Positions 50,503-63,139 of a stretch of 64,000 bases of DNA are shown one piece after another (position 1 is the stretch's first letter; the number at the start of each line of letters is the position of its first letter). The stretch is from the NCBI RefSeq assembly GCF_009914755.1, contig NC_060942.1; one strand, 5' to 3'. Position numbers and translations under genes: made by a program. This stretch comes from the human T2T-CHM13v2.0 reference genome, Homo sapiens. Below the pieces are notes generated by a model, which saw nothing but the letters and a program-made list of their open reading frames with translations, had not been told where the DNA came from and made no database searches.

Positions 50503-51876
50503 ATATCAACATGAAAGGAAATAGACAGATGGGAAGAAAAAGAGGGAACTGAAAGCATGCTAAATTTCTGATTTTGATTCAGAGAAGAAGGCAGGAGAAC
50601 AGGCTGATATTAATACAAAATAATTCCTGGTAGCTAGATAATAAGATAAATTTAAATTTCTTTAAAATTTAAGTGAAATTGCTAGAAGAATAAGTATAGG
50701 ATATTCAGCTCCCAAACCACTAAAGGAAAGGAAATATAATTTAAATAAATAAATAAATAATTAAAAAGCAAGAAAGAGAGAAGAAATAGAAAGAGGAAGA
50801 AAGAGAAGAGAAAAAGAAAGGGAGAGGAAGATGAAAAATGAGGAAGATGGAATGGAAGATGAAACTATAAAGTGAGGTGTAAGGAACAAGTCCAAATAAT
50901 CATTCCTCACAAGAAATATGGGTGTGTTAAATTCTTAATTAGACTGCAGGATTTCTGGATTTTCTATTTAAGATTTTCCATATAAGAACCTCATATTTCT
51001 GAGGTTCTTATAAAGATGCATCCTAGTGAAGACATGCCATGTTTTTATCTCCAACTAAAGAATATCACAACGGACTTATAGCTCACATAGAAAGGGAAGA
51101 ATGAGTTTCCCAGGGAAATGTCAAAGAAGCAGAAGTAAGCAGATTTAGAAAACCAGGGATGTAGCAAGCTTACGAATCAACATTGATTTTGCTAGGGCTT
51201 AGATTTTGCGCAAAACATCAGTTTTAAGCCTTCAGAGCTCTCTGTGAAATTCTTTCCTCTGAAAAGCTCTGTCAGGGGCAAAGCTGACCCAGTGTGGAAA
51301 TGCCATGAGTCAGAGACCAGACAGATCTATTGGGGTGAGTCAGAAAATCACGGAAGGTCCCACCATGGGCAAAACAAGGAAGAATGAGGCAGAAAGTAAG
51401 GGCAGTGCAGCTGGTAATTCCAGAGCCCAGACTCAAAGCCATTATACCATGCCAGGGAATCTGGAAGAAGGTTACAAGCAGGGGTTTTGGCAGAAGTTTT
51501 GTAGTCAAGTGGTCAAAGACAAGGGAATGCAGCCAAGAAGAACAGACAAAGTTACAGCAAATAAACTGAATATGGATGGGGTCAAGTAGAAGGAGGGGAG
51601 TGTAGTCCTATGGAAAACCATTGAGGGCCAACTACAAGGAATGGAGTAAAAGACAGGATATAGTCCCAGCAGCCTGACAGTACCCAAGTTCTTTAAAGAC
51701 AAGAATAGCAAACAGGAAATCAAACCAGGAATTCAGGCATAAAAAGTGAGAAAAGAAATCATCTAGACCGACACAGCTTACTGATTACATTAACGTGACC
51801 TTCCTAATCCACTGTTTTCATCAAAAATGACCTTACTATTCCAAGAAACTCTTGCCTGGGAAGGTAAACATTCAAA

Positions 51877-52341
51877 TGAGTACAGGATAGTTCTCTGGGT
51901 GGCCTTGGACCAACCCAGTTCTCCCTCATTTCTCTCTTGTAGTTCTTAGGAATAGCTATAGAATGTGCTAGGGATGTAACATCCTGAGATAGGAAGGGAC
52001 TGGCTGGAACTGTTCATGCTCTGTTCCAGTTCCCCCTAGAAACAGGATGCCCTTCAATGCTTTAGCCCAGGGAGTCAGATTCTCCCAGGACATAAAACCC
52101 AAAATAGCTGCTTTTCTAGGTCCCACAGCTGCAGTGCAAGTGGAATACATGCAGTCAAGGCTCCATCCATCCCCAGGCAGCTTTTCTGAGCCTTGGGGAC
52201 CAGCTCAGGATGAATTCTAGGCTTCTGTTGTCCCTTGCTGCCTATCTGTGAATAAAAAGTCCATTTCATGGAATTTGCTGTGTGGGGATGTTCTATCTCA
52301 TCAGACTCAAACAAGTTAGTAGTTGGTGAACTTGCTTCACA
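51877..52341 (+). mobile_element. Solo LTR (LTR47-like) nested in the proviral 5' LTR
   Basis: TG...CA ends; ACATCCTGAGATAGG...CCTAGAAACAGGATGCCCTTCAATGCTTTAGCCCAG; AATAAA. Confidence 0.7.
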
Positions 52342-53392
52342 ATTACTGTATTAAGTGAACATCAAATTGTTCACCTCTACAGTAGATAGTATCAAATGAT
52401 AATTACTTCTTAAGACACTTTGAATCCTCTCACATTAAAACCCTCATCTTTTTGTGTCCACCAGTCCTAAACGATCGTCATGATTCTTACCAAATTCTAA
52501 TCAAATCTTCACATTGTCAGAACCACCTTAAACCAGATTCCATATACTCAGAGAATATTAAAAAAAAAATCCAACTTTGCCTTCCCACCATCTGAGACAC
52601 TACTAAAACTTTGTTATGGTAGTACTCTCCCTTACCGGACTAGCGGGACATATTCAGCTTTATCTTATTTTTAAGTTGTCTTGGGGATATTTTTAGGGAT
52701 CTAGCACTTGACAATATTGGAGGCCCATCAAAATCCAATCTAGACATTCTTACCACCACAGCCCAAGATCCATCTTAACCTATTTCTCCAAAAATTTGTA
52801 CTAAACACACTGCTTGAATGAGAAGCTGAAGAAAAGCTAAAATGTATCCTAGAAAGCCCTCATAGATAAAGGAATCATTATACTTTATCCTGGTCCTTGG
52901 AACATTCCTATTCTCCCAATCAAAAATACCAATAGGCAAGGAGATGAATTCATCAGGACCTCAGGGCCACAAATAAAATAGACATTCAAGGCGACCCTGC
53001 AGGAGCACATGCAATACCATTTTATGTTAGCCTCCTGAGACTGTAAGTTATACAACTGTAGATCTGTGTTTTCCATTTTTTGGTGTCCTTTTAGATTAAA
53101 ATAGTCAATACTTGTTTGCCTTCTCTAAGAAAAATTAACAATATACCTGGACTGTTGTTATGCCCCAGGAATGCACTGAGGCACATACTACCTTTCATAA
53201 ATCCTCAATCAGGATCACAAGGACCTTACTTTTCCCTGTGGTTTTCTTATACAATATGTAGATGAACTTTTGGTGTGTTCCCAAAGAGGGTGAATGCTAA
53301 GACTAACTTCATCTATCTAATAACTGTTTTAGCTCAGTAAAGGCATAAGTTTCCAAATACAAAATGTTGCCAAAGTAACTTCATTACTTAGG

Positions 53393-53600
53393 ACGGGAGT
53401 TGGCAAACTATAGCCACTAAGCAAATCCAACCTGCTGCCTACTTTTGTAAATAAAATTTTGTTGGACACAGCCATGCTGATTCATTATTTATTGTTTATG
53501 GTTACCATAAAGTGCAACTGAATTGAATAGTTGCGAAAGAGACTTTATGCCCCTGAAAGTCTAAGGTATTTACCATCTGCTCCTTTACATAACAACTAAA
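53393..53600. mobile_element. MER58A (hAT-Charlie) inserted in ERV pol
   Basis: GTTGGCAAACTATAGCC...TTTTGTAAATAAAATTTTGTTGGACACAGCCA. Confidence 0.8.
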
Positions 53601-55235
53601 AGTTGTTATTGCAAGGAAGAAAATCCCTTACTCTTAACCAACTACAGGCCACTCAAAACTTTACTGGGCCAGAGACAATTAAGAAGATTCTCCAGTCCTT
53701 GCCCCAAATGCAATGGGTTCTCAGCTTTTCTATTTGCCACTCCACTATATGACAAAGTTCTCAAATACCAAACCTCTTCCCTGGGACACTGAACATGAAT
53801 AGATCTTTTGTGAATTATCAGCACTCCAACAACCTCCCACTCTTTCTACTCATTTGTACCTGAGAGATCTGAACAAGCCCTTGGTAGTCTAACAAGAGCC
53901 TACCCGCCTTGTCAACAGCCACAGCAGCTACACAAGTGAAGGCATCTTCCAGCTTGGTCTTAGGATCTCCTTTAAATTTAATGGGCCCTCATCCCCTACA
54001 GTCTTTGCTGTTCACTGGAAATACACAACACTTCTCAGCAGGAAGACTTGTGTTGTGTGAATCCTTATTTTCTCCTTAATATATTTCCATTTATCATCAT
54101 AGTACTTTAAAATCCTGTTACTTTTCATTAATTACCCAAAACAGAAGAAACTCATGATTGTTTAATCTCTGTTCACAAACTCTCTATGCCCTGAGTGGAT
54201 TTATTAGAAAATGCTTTAGGAAATCCAGACTTAATCCTAGTTGCTGATGGATCACATCTTAATAGTGATACTGCAAAATAGAAGGTAAGAATATCACCCC
54301 TTACCAAAAGCAAAATCTGTCCAGATTGAAGAACTTACTGCATGTGCCAGAGCCTATCAGTTAACTAGAAATGAAAGGATAATTTCCACTGATAATAGAG
54401 ATATACATTTTGGAAGGTAGTCATATTTGGTGATGTTTTGTAAACAAGGGTTCTTGACCCCAACAGGAACTCCAGTTCAGATTGGTCAGCAGAATTAAAG
54501 AATTTTTGCATGTTCTAATGTTTCTTAAGGAGATATAAAGACAGGAGCTCAAACAAATGGGTATAACATGGAGAATAAAGCAAATCCCTACAGCTCTTTG
54601 TTCCAGACAGTCAGCACTCACTTAGATCCTAGCCCTAATGATAATCCAATAGATTCTATTGCTAGAGAAATTCAAAGAGGCTTTTATAGAATGTCAGTGA
54701 TCGGCTCCAGGTTCAGAAAAGTCGTACTAGGAGAAATCCAGATGTAAACTGCACGAGGATAATCTCCGAGGCTTTAAGGATGGCTGTTTAGTCCCGAAGA
54801 ACTTCAAATGGAATCTTGCAAAAATTTTACATGAAAATACACACCACTGCAAAGACAAATTAGCAAGGACAAACTGGCCACTAAACTTCTTGGTGAGAAA
54901 ACTTCACTAAAACTTCTGAGGGTATTTCTGGTGCATATATTACCTGCCACTAGACTGATTCTGACAAAACTGTTCAGGTCAGACATGGACAAGAGCCCAG
55001 TGCTTAGAATCCCTTTGAATAGCTCCAAAAGGGTTTCATATATCTGCTCTTGCAGTGGATTTGTAATGTGTCCTACTTATTATTTGCTTATTCTTGGGAT
55101 GAGTTGAGCCCTTTCCTTGCTGGAGAAACATGGCTCTAATAATTGCAAATTTAAAAACTTACTTGATATTGTATTACCAACTTAGGGAATTCCAAACTAT
55201 TGCTCTAGTAACAAGACCATTCATCTTCCTTGGTA

Positions 55236-55817
55236 TATTGGACAGACTCCAATTTGGCCACCCAGGATCCACATTTGTTGGTCTTTATGCCTCTGTGTGA
55301 TCCTTGACTGCAGTCAGGACCTGTGACTTGCTTCTAACTAACACAGTATGCCAAAGGTGATGGGCTATTGCTCCCGTGCTTATGTTAGTTTTATAAATTA
55401 CTTGTCTTGCTAGAAGACACTCTGAAGACTCTTTCCTGGCTTCATGAAGCACTCATTTCAGGAAAGCCCCTGAGGTAAGGAACTGAGGCTGCATCTAGGA
55501 TCTGCAGGCAACTAATAGCAGCCAAGGGTGGCCTCCAGCCAACAGCTAGCAAGAAGCTGGAGCCTTCAGTCTTACAACCACAAGGAAATGAATTCTTCCA
55601 GTAAATGGTGTGAGCTAAGAAACAGGTTCTCCCTTAATAGAGCCCTTACATGAGAATGCAACTGGGACAACACCTTCATTTCAGCCTTAAGAAACCCTGA
55701 GCATAGGACAACGCAAGCCATGCTTAGGCTACTGACCCATGGAAACAGCAAGAATAAATGCAGGTGCTTTTAAGTCACTAGGTTTCTGGTGACTTGTGCA
55801 GCAAGAAAACTTATACA
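55236..55817 (+). mobile_element. MLT1F/G-like LTR inserted in ERV integrase
   Basis: GACCTGTGACTTGCTTCTAAC...CAGCCAACAGCTAGCAAGAAGCTG...CCACAAGGAAATGAATTCT...AAACTTATACA. Confidence 0.8.
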
Positions 55818-57457
55818 CTGTGACTATTATTTAAAAGCTTTGCAGAGTATTCTCACTTACTCAGAAACTCTACTATCAATATCAGCCCCAATCATCAAGA
55901 AAGGAAGAAAGGGCAGATCGAATTTTAAAACACAAATTAGCAAATTTTTCATAGATTCTCAATCTTTCATCACCTAAGATATTGCCATTGGCTTTAATGA
56001 CAGTGAGATCAATTCCTCCTGGGGGTTATCAACTCTCCCCTTATGAATCAGTAACTGGTCAGCCCATGCATCTAGGATTATCATCTCTGATTCTAGATTC
56101 CATGCTATCACAAACCGACAAGCCAAATATCCCAGGGAACTCATGCAATACCCCCAGTATTATGATTAATAGGTATGAGCAGCCTTTCCTCAACATCATC
56201 CTAAATAGCACTTCTATGACCTGAAGCCTGGAGCTTTTGTAAATGAACTTTCAAATAAATAGAACTTGGAAGAGAACTAGGAAAGAGATGCAATATTCTT
56301 GGAGGCTGAACCACTTTCACTGATGACGCAGGTAAGACACGCTACTTCACTTTTGCTTTAGAGCTACCAACTCTCTCAGTATTCCAAATTTCATTGCCTG
56401 GCACTGTATCATTCTTGATGAGTAGTGCTAAAATGCTACAATGCAATTTTTCAATCCTATGGTGCTGTTTAGGCCAAAGATAGTTCATAAGTGATTCCCA
56501 ATGACTGGTATAGAATTTTCAGCATAAAAGCCTCAGACTGCTACCTACGAATTGGACAGGGTTTTGGTACCTTGGTAAATAGATGCATGTTTTGAAGATA
56601 GTGAGATTACCTAGGATCCATTTTTGCCCATCAATTTACCCTCTAGGAATGGTCGTTAGGTCACAGATTTTAGGAAGAAAACTCAGCCATGATTTCAGAA
56701 CCAAAGCCCTAACTCTTAAGGGGGAATTTTGAATTTTCTTCTTTCCTCATGCTCCTTCACTTTATATTTTTCTGAAAGGCTCAAAAAACAGGGAGAATCC
56801 TGGATGCCATGGTTCAGAGAATGCAAAAGAGTTATACAATGCCACCATGGCCATGGGACTCCTTGCCTAGAAGGATCATAAAATTGGACAGATGGTAAAT
56901 CAGAATAGAGCCACTTTAGACACAATATTGACTTTCTGAAAGGACACAGTACTATTTAGGGGAAGAATGTTGTGCTTACATCCTTCCAGACCTCTCATAA
57001 TTTTTAATATTATCTAAAATGACTAGAGAGCAAATAAAGAAGCATAAATTTAGACCATCTGGCTAATTCCCCATTCCTGGTTCTGTGTGCTCTTCGGACT
57101 GGGGATAGAATCCATTCTCTTGGTTTAACTTGGCCACACTAGGCTCCTAGCTGAGAAAAGGATGATGAATTCTAATCTGCATTACAGCGTTTAGAGGCGT
57201 GATGTCCAGGGTCTTAAATGCTGTTGTATAACCACTATCAGATCACCAGGCCAGGGATCTTACTTGTGATTTCCATCAAATCATCCCTCAAAAAGAACAG
57301 AAAACCTGACAATTGTGGTGGTTGAAACATCCACCTCCAGACTAATCAAATGCCCAGCTCAGGCTGAACATTGACTACCAGTGGGACTCTAGAAGCAAAA
57401 TCATCTAAATCCCCACGGATCACTGGCTATATTAACATAACTTTACTATTCCCCAGT

Positions 57458-57628
57458 AGAGTAGTCCTCCTTTATCTGTAGGGGATATGTTCCAAGATCC
57501 CAGTGGATGCCTGACACCTTGGATACCACCAAACCCTATATATATACTATGTTTTTTCCTATACATACATACATATGATGAAATTTAAATTACAAATTAG
57601 GCACAGTAAGAGATTAACAACAGTTAAT
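57458..57628. mobile_element. MER44 (Tigger7-family) fragment, truncated
   Basis: GGGGATATGTTCCAAGATCCCAGTGGATGCCTGA...AAATTAGGCACAGTAAGAGATTAACAAC. Confidence 0.75.
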
Positions 57629-57631
57629 CTT

Positions 57632-57965
57632 AGGGCCAATGCTTAGAGCCCCTTTGAATAGCTCCAAATGGATTTCATACATCTGTTCTGGCAGTGGATT
57701 TGTTATGTGTCCTACTTATTGCTTGCTTATTCTTGGGAGGGGTGGAGCCCTTTCCTTGCAGGAGAAAGATGGCTCTAATAATTGCAAATTTAAAAACTTA
57801 CTTGATATTGTGTTACCGACTTAGGGAATCCCAACCTATTGCTCTAGTAACAAGACCATTCATTTTCCTTGGTATACTGAGGAACTCCAATTTGGCCACC
57901 CATGATCCACATTTTCTAGGTCTTTACACCTTTGTGTAATCCTTGACTGCAGTCAGATCCTGACT
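57632..57965 (+). repeat. Direct duplicate of 54992-55326
   Basis: Shared TGCTTAGA..CCCTTTGAATAGCTCCAAA...ATGGCTCTAATAATTGCAAATTTAAAAACTTACTTGATATTGT...CCTTGACTGCAGTCAG. Confidence 0.95.
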
Positions 57966-59834
57966 TTGCCCTCTCCACTTTAAGACACTACTAAGACTCT
58001 GTCCAAGTCATGCTCTTTTACTGCAACAAGAATAAACTCAGTTTTTTGTTTTTGGTGTTATTTTGAAAAGTCAGCATTTAACAAAAGGCAATAAATGGGT
58101 CAGTTAGAGGACCTGGTGAAATGAGGAACAGGGAGAGAACTTGGTTTTAATATCCAGAAGTCAAGCAAACACTAGAGGAACCACCCACAAGGCAATGTGG
58201 ACCCATGAATCAAGGAGTTATCTTATTTATTTGCTTTTATCAAAATCCTAACTGGTCTAAGCATCTGGAATGGCACTGATCTTACATGAAAAGGTGAAGT
58301 ATTTCCAGCTATAGGGAATGGAGGAGCAGTGACTTCAGGGTCAGGGAGGTATATAAGTCATTAAGATGTATGTCGTTAGAGAGGGACAAGGACAATGAAA
58401 GTTCATTGGAATTTGTAAACTTTATTCCCAAGTACACATTTAAATGGCTGGAACCTTGGATTCTTGTTTAGAAGCTATATTGAGGGTAACTAAGGATGTC
58501 AAGTGCCCAAAAGAACACTTACCTGTATTTCATTCACTTGGTAAGTTCTCTCATCTCTCTGAGCCCAGGTTTTTGCCCTGTGTAAAGTATAAATGTAATT
58601 CCTTTCTCTAGACTCTTCACTGTAATTCACTTGCTTATGTGAATTTGCTTGCTGTCTTTTTATTTCTTCTCTCTTCTCTAATTTGCCACATTTCCTTCAC
58701 TTTTTGTTACTGAAACATGTCTGCAGGGAAACCAGTCAGTAGGACCCAAGAATTAGAAACTGGGGGGAAATGTTTTCAATATTCAAATAAGAATTTGTTG
58801 AAAGAACTAATGTAAACATGTCTCTTGCTCTCTCAATATATGTAAAAGCTGGGAAGGAGAGCAGTGTGATCCTTAAGGGCCTCCCTTCTCCAGCCAACTC
58901 TCATTTATCAAGAGGCTCCTTATCCAGCCTTCTTGCTTTGGCCCTCCAGGGGAAAACTGGTGTAATGTAGGAGAAAGAACACCGGTCAAGCTTGATGAGT
59001 CCTGGCTTTTTCACTTATTAGCTTTATGCCCTTGGCAAGCCACTGAAACACTCTGAAGCTCAATTTCCTTGCTGGTCAGAAGAAGCTGTCCACTCCATGG
59101 GGTGCTGTGCAGGGCATTAAAGCCCCTGATAATGGTAGTGGCTGCTATAATTACAATGAGATAAACATTTATGAATTGGCTTTGGCTTTCCTCATTGAAC
59201 AAAAATGGAGTCAGAATTATAAAAGGGGACAGGCAGAGCCATTGCTACATTAAGGAAGTGCTTTGTAAACTGTAAAACAAATAACAAATTAAAAAGAGGC
59301 TTTGTATTCTTTCTTTTCTAGGTATGATTTTTATTGCTTAATAGCAGCATCAAGAAAACTGAACTTCAAATTCAAATTGAAAAGTGAACCTCAAATCAAG
59401 CAGTATTTCTCATCAGTAATGATGGGGAGGGATTTGAAAGTCCTGCTTACCATGTAAATTTGAACTATCTGGGAATGGGACCGCTCTCTGGCATGCATCA
59501 CGCCAGCATTTTTACCAAAAATGGAGATTTCCTTCCACCTCCACTTCTTCCCAGTCAGGTCACATGAAACAGGGAAACTATGGGATCAGGCAAACCTAAA
59601 TTTCATTCGTGATTCCACTTTAAAACAGGAAACTTATTATCTACTCTGTAGGAAAACATAAAATAATTTTTGCAAAGTACACAGTAGCAAAGGATTGGCT
59701 TCTTTCCATCCTGAAGATCTGCAGCTTAAAACAACTTCAGTGTGACATTGTTCCCTGATACCACACTCATAAAGTTTTATTCACACATAACAGACCTTCC
59801 TTCAAATCCCACCTCCTCCACTAAATAGCACATT

Positions 59835-60000
59835 ATTCAACCTCAGTTTCCTCTTCTATAAAATGGGCACAATAATAGAACCTAGCTCACAGAGTAGAGG
59901 GGAACAGATGATAAAGTGCATTTAAATGCTTAGCCTGGTGTCTGACACATAATAAAATTTTTGCTAACAGAATTACAATAATACAAATAACAATAACATT
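59835..60000 (+). mobile_element. MIR fragment
   Basis: CCTCAGTTTCCTCTTCTATAAAATGGGCACAATAATAGAACCTAGCTCACAG. Confidence 0.75.
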
Positions 60001-61535
60001 TCAGTTCTATTCGAATTTGCACATTAACCAACACTTAGATGGGTCAGCAGCAAAGGTTTGGGGTAGTTTGCCATTTTTTCCTTCTTAAATTTCCTTGGCT
60101 GTGCTTCTTTCCCTCCCTTCCCAGGGCAGGTCTGTTTCAATTCAGCCGCTGGCTGGAACATCTGGCAGGTTGCCCACTCTTGACGTTTTCTGTTTGTGGA
60201 GCCAACAGGGTGGGGAGGTAGGGGGTTTGATCATCTTCACCACTGAGACATTGGAATCTGTTGAGTTAAACATTGCTCTACTGTTACCATCCCCTCCCTT
60301 TCCTCCTCCCTCCCTGTGAATGAATCTGGAAAGAATGAACCTGAAGTCTATCTTGAACAGCTATAAAACCTTTATGGTACGTGGGCTGCTCCTCGAGTAG
60401 TGGAGCATTAGCCTCCCTGTTCGTTCCTAGAGTAAACAGAACACGTCAGCATATTCCCTAACACGGGGTCAATGTCTGAGGGAGCGGTGCGCTCCGTGCC
60501 TGGCACCTGCTAGTGTGAGAGGTCTGCTGGCAGCCACACACCACAATCAACTTTGATGACTGCATGCACTGCAGAGCTCACTACTCCTGAGCCCTTTTAT
60601 TCACTAATATTTATCTCAAGATAGCAATATCTCCAAATCTTCCCTTTTGCTCAGCCCTCTAACCTTACAGAATCTATTATAAAGTATGTGCATATAGCTG
60701 ATGGGATATATTACATAGTACCTATGTGTCCAATATTACATTTGCACCGAATTTTCTAAGTTAACTCTATGAGAGAAACCAAAGTTGAACTTGCACCCTT
60801 CCTTGGAGGAGCACGCTGGCTCTTGAGTCAGGCCTTAGCATTGCCCTGCTGTCCCGTTTGATGTCATCCATAAAGTGCTGCCTCACTACTGGCTGCAGTC
60901 AGTCTCCACACCATTGGCCTATGACTTATTACAGGTGCCATCTTTGAAGGATCCATGGCCCCATGCCATCACTTGACTGCTTACTTAAAATGTTTAAGTG
61001 TGTGATACTAGGTCTATAACCTTTTCTGATCCCACAGAAGGGACAAGGGAGAACATAATTCATTTTATTGGAGGTCACCGTTATTCTTCCTTCTCTGTCT
61101 TTACCCTGTGCCGGCCAAATAGTCATACTTTATCCACTGTAAGTACTTTTTCCCCAGTCAGTTCTCCAAAGGTTTCTCTTTCCATATTGTCCTCCAAACT
61201 TTCTCATGTCTATGTCACACTCTTGTACTTTATTTGCGTTCTATTATAGAATCAATTAGATCCTATCCTGGGCAGAACTGTTCATTGTTTACAAGCATTA
61301 GGTCACCAAAGACCAATGACACCTAAAAACCAGTGAGCCACAATGACTGATACATCTACTCTTGCTTCATAACATAACCTTGAGAGGTCAGTTCAGAGTG
61401 TGAGCCCCATTTTACTAACAAAGATGATGAAATTGAGAGACTCAGTCTCTTATTTGTGGTGGCCTAATTAGTCCAGAAGCAATGTCATAATCAGTGCTAA
61501 AGTGAACATAGGAGAGAGAACATCAGAAAAAATCT

Positions 61536-61721
61536 CATTAGCCGGGGATGGTGGCACATGCCTGTAGTCCCAGCTACTTGAAAGGCTGAGGGAGGAGGAT
61601 CCTTTGAGCCGTGGAGGCAGAGGTTGCAGGGAGCTGAAGGTTGCAGTGAGCTGAGGTAGTGCCACTGCACTCTAGCCTGGGCGACAGAGCAAGACCGTGT
61701 CTCAAAAAATAAAAATAAAAT
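61536..61721 (+). mobile_element. Alu right arm (J/FRAM-like) with an internal duplication of about 17 bp
   Basis: AGGTTGCAGGGAGCTGA AGGTTGCAGTGAGCTGA; A-tail. Confidence 0.88.
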
Positions 61722-62369
61722 CTGAAATCCATAGTAATAAGAGGAAGTGGAAACATGCCCTTGGCTGGCTAAGGTAACAACTACACCAAACATTTTATAT
61801 CAACAAACAAACAAAAAATTCAATCCCCAGTTACGATTCAGAGTTTGATTTATGGCAGATTTGGTTGTAATTCCTCTCTGAGATGACAGGTAACTGAGCT
61901 CGGTCCTACTTTAGTCATCAAATATTTTCCATGAATAAGCCAAGCCAGAATCTATGGGTAGATTTTCTTCCAGGCATAAAGTCATTGTAAATCCATAAGG
62001 TCATATTCTTTAATTTTATACTTCCATTGTGAACAATTCTGCAGTGGAAAAAATAATTCTATTTTTGTATTTTTGCTTTGAAAATAACCTATTTTATATA
62101 ATTTATTTTTTCTAAATACACACGTATTTTATAAAGTTAATATATTGAAAAACACAAAGAAGAAAAGTTACCAAGAGTCACACTATCCAGATGGAACAGA
62201 AAACATTTTGCTATCTTTTCTACATGTAAATACACATATGCATTTTTAAATTTGGAACATACAATAGTATACCATTGGTATACATAACATTGGGAAACAT
62301 ACTTTTTTCATTTAACAACATGCTTAAAAACATTTCCCCTTTAATGATGGTTCTTCTAAAACCTGTTTT

Positions 62370-62675
62370 GTTGTGTTTTTTGGGGTTTTTTTTGAGACAG
62401 AGTTTCGCTCTTGTCACCCAGGCTGGAGTGCAGTGGCATGATCTCAACTCACTGCAACCTCTGCCTCCTGGGTTCAAGCAATTATCCTGCCTCAGCCTCC
62501 TGAATAGCTGGAATTACAGGCATGTGTCATCACACCCAGCTTAATTTTGTACTTTTAGTAGAGACGGGGTTTTGCCATGTTGGCCAGGCTGGTCTCAAAC
62601 TCCTGGCCTCAAGTGATCCACCTGCCTCGGCCTCCCAAAGTGCTGCAATTACAGGTGTGAGCCACCACACCCGGA
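62370..62675 (-). mobile_element. AluS
   Basis: Antisense dimer; TSD TAAAACCTGTTTT. Confidence 0.95.
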
Positions 62676-63139
62676 GTTAAAACCTGTTTTCAAATAATTC
62701 TGTGATGGTAGGTTATATTACTGTAGCAGCTTTTCACTTTCTGTTTCTCTAACATGGCTATTTGTATACCTCCAGAGGCTACAAGCATCATATTCTCAAG
62801 GCTCTATGTGGCCTACTAATCTAGCATGTTCCAAATCTCCAAGTACAGAAGTCCAAACACATGGAATAAAAAGAACTTCCACACACTCCTATTGCCAAAT
62901 CCACCAGTTTATCCACATTTGTGCCCACATAGTCTATGTTCTTTGCTGCCAAAGAGGATGAACCAATCTAACACCAACCCCCTCACCGTGCACTGGATCT
63001 CACTTGTGCCCTGGATCTCACTTCCTCAGGACTTCTCAGGGAATCTACTCTTGCCATTGTCACCTCTCTCCTGCATCATCGGTTTTTCTTTCTCTGATGG
63101 TCACCATTCAAAAATAACATCTCTCATCTTAAAAAGCTA

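Larger units (their letters stand above)
51747..58083 (+). mobile_element. Decayed class I ERV provirus (MER67/MER31/MER34-group-like), gag deleted
   Basis: 5' LTR 51747-52713; PBS-like TGGAGGCCC; RT relics (QDLRA, SQYLFAF, YTWTV, QYVDE); RNase H (NPDLILVADGS); integrase relic; env relic (QNRATLD, EECCAY); 3' LTR about 57387-58083; 4-bp TSD AAAG. Confidence 0.8.

Noticed and set aside
56240-57300. Domesticated syncytin/HEMO-like env gene
   Set aside because: A stop follows two codons after the immunosuppressive motif, the Cys motif is frameshifted, and there is no long ORF.
62988-63023. 18-bp tandem duplication GTGC(A/C)CTGGATCTCACTT
   Set aside because: Ordinary slippage duplication within a probable L2 relic.
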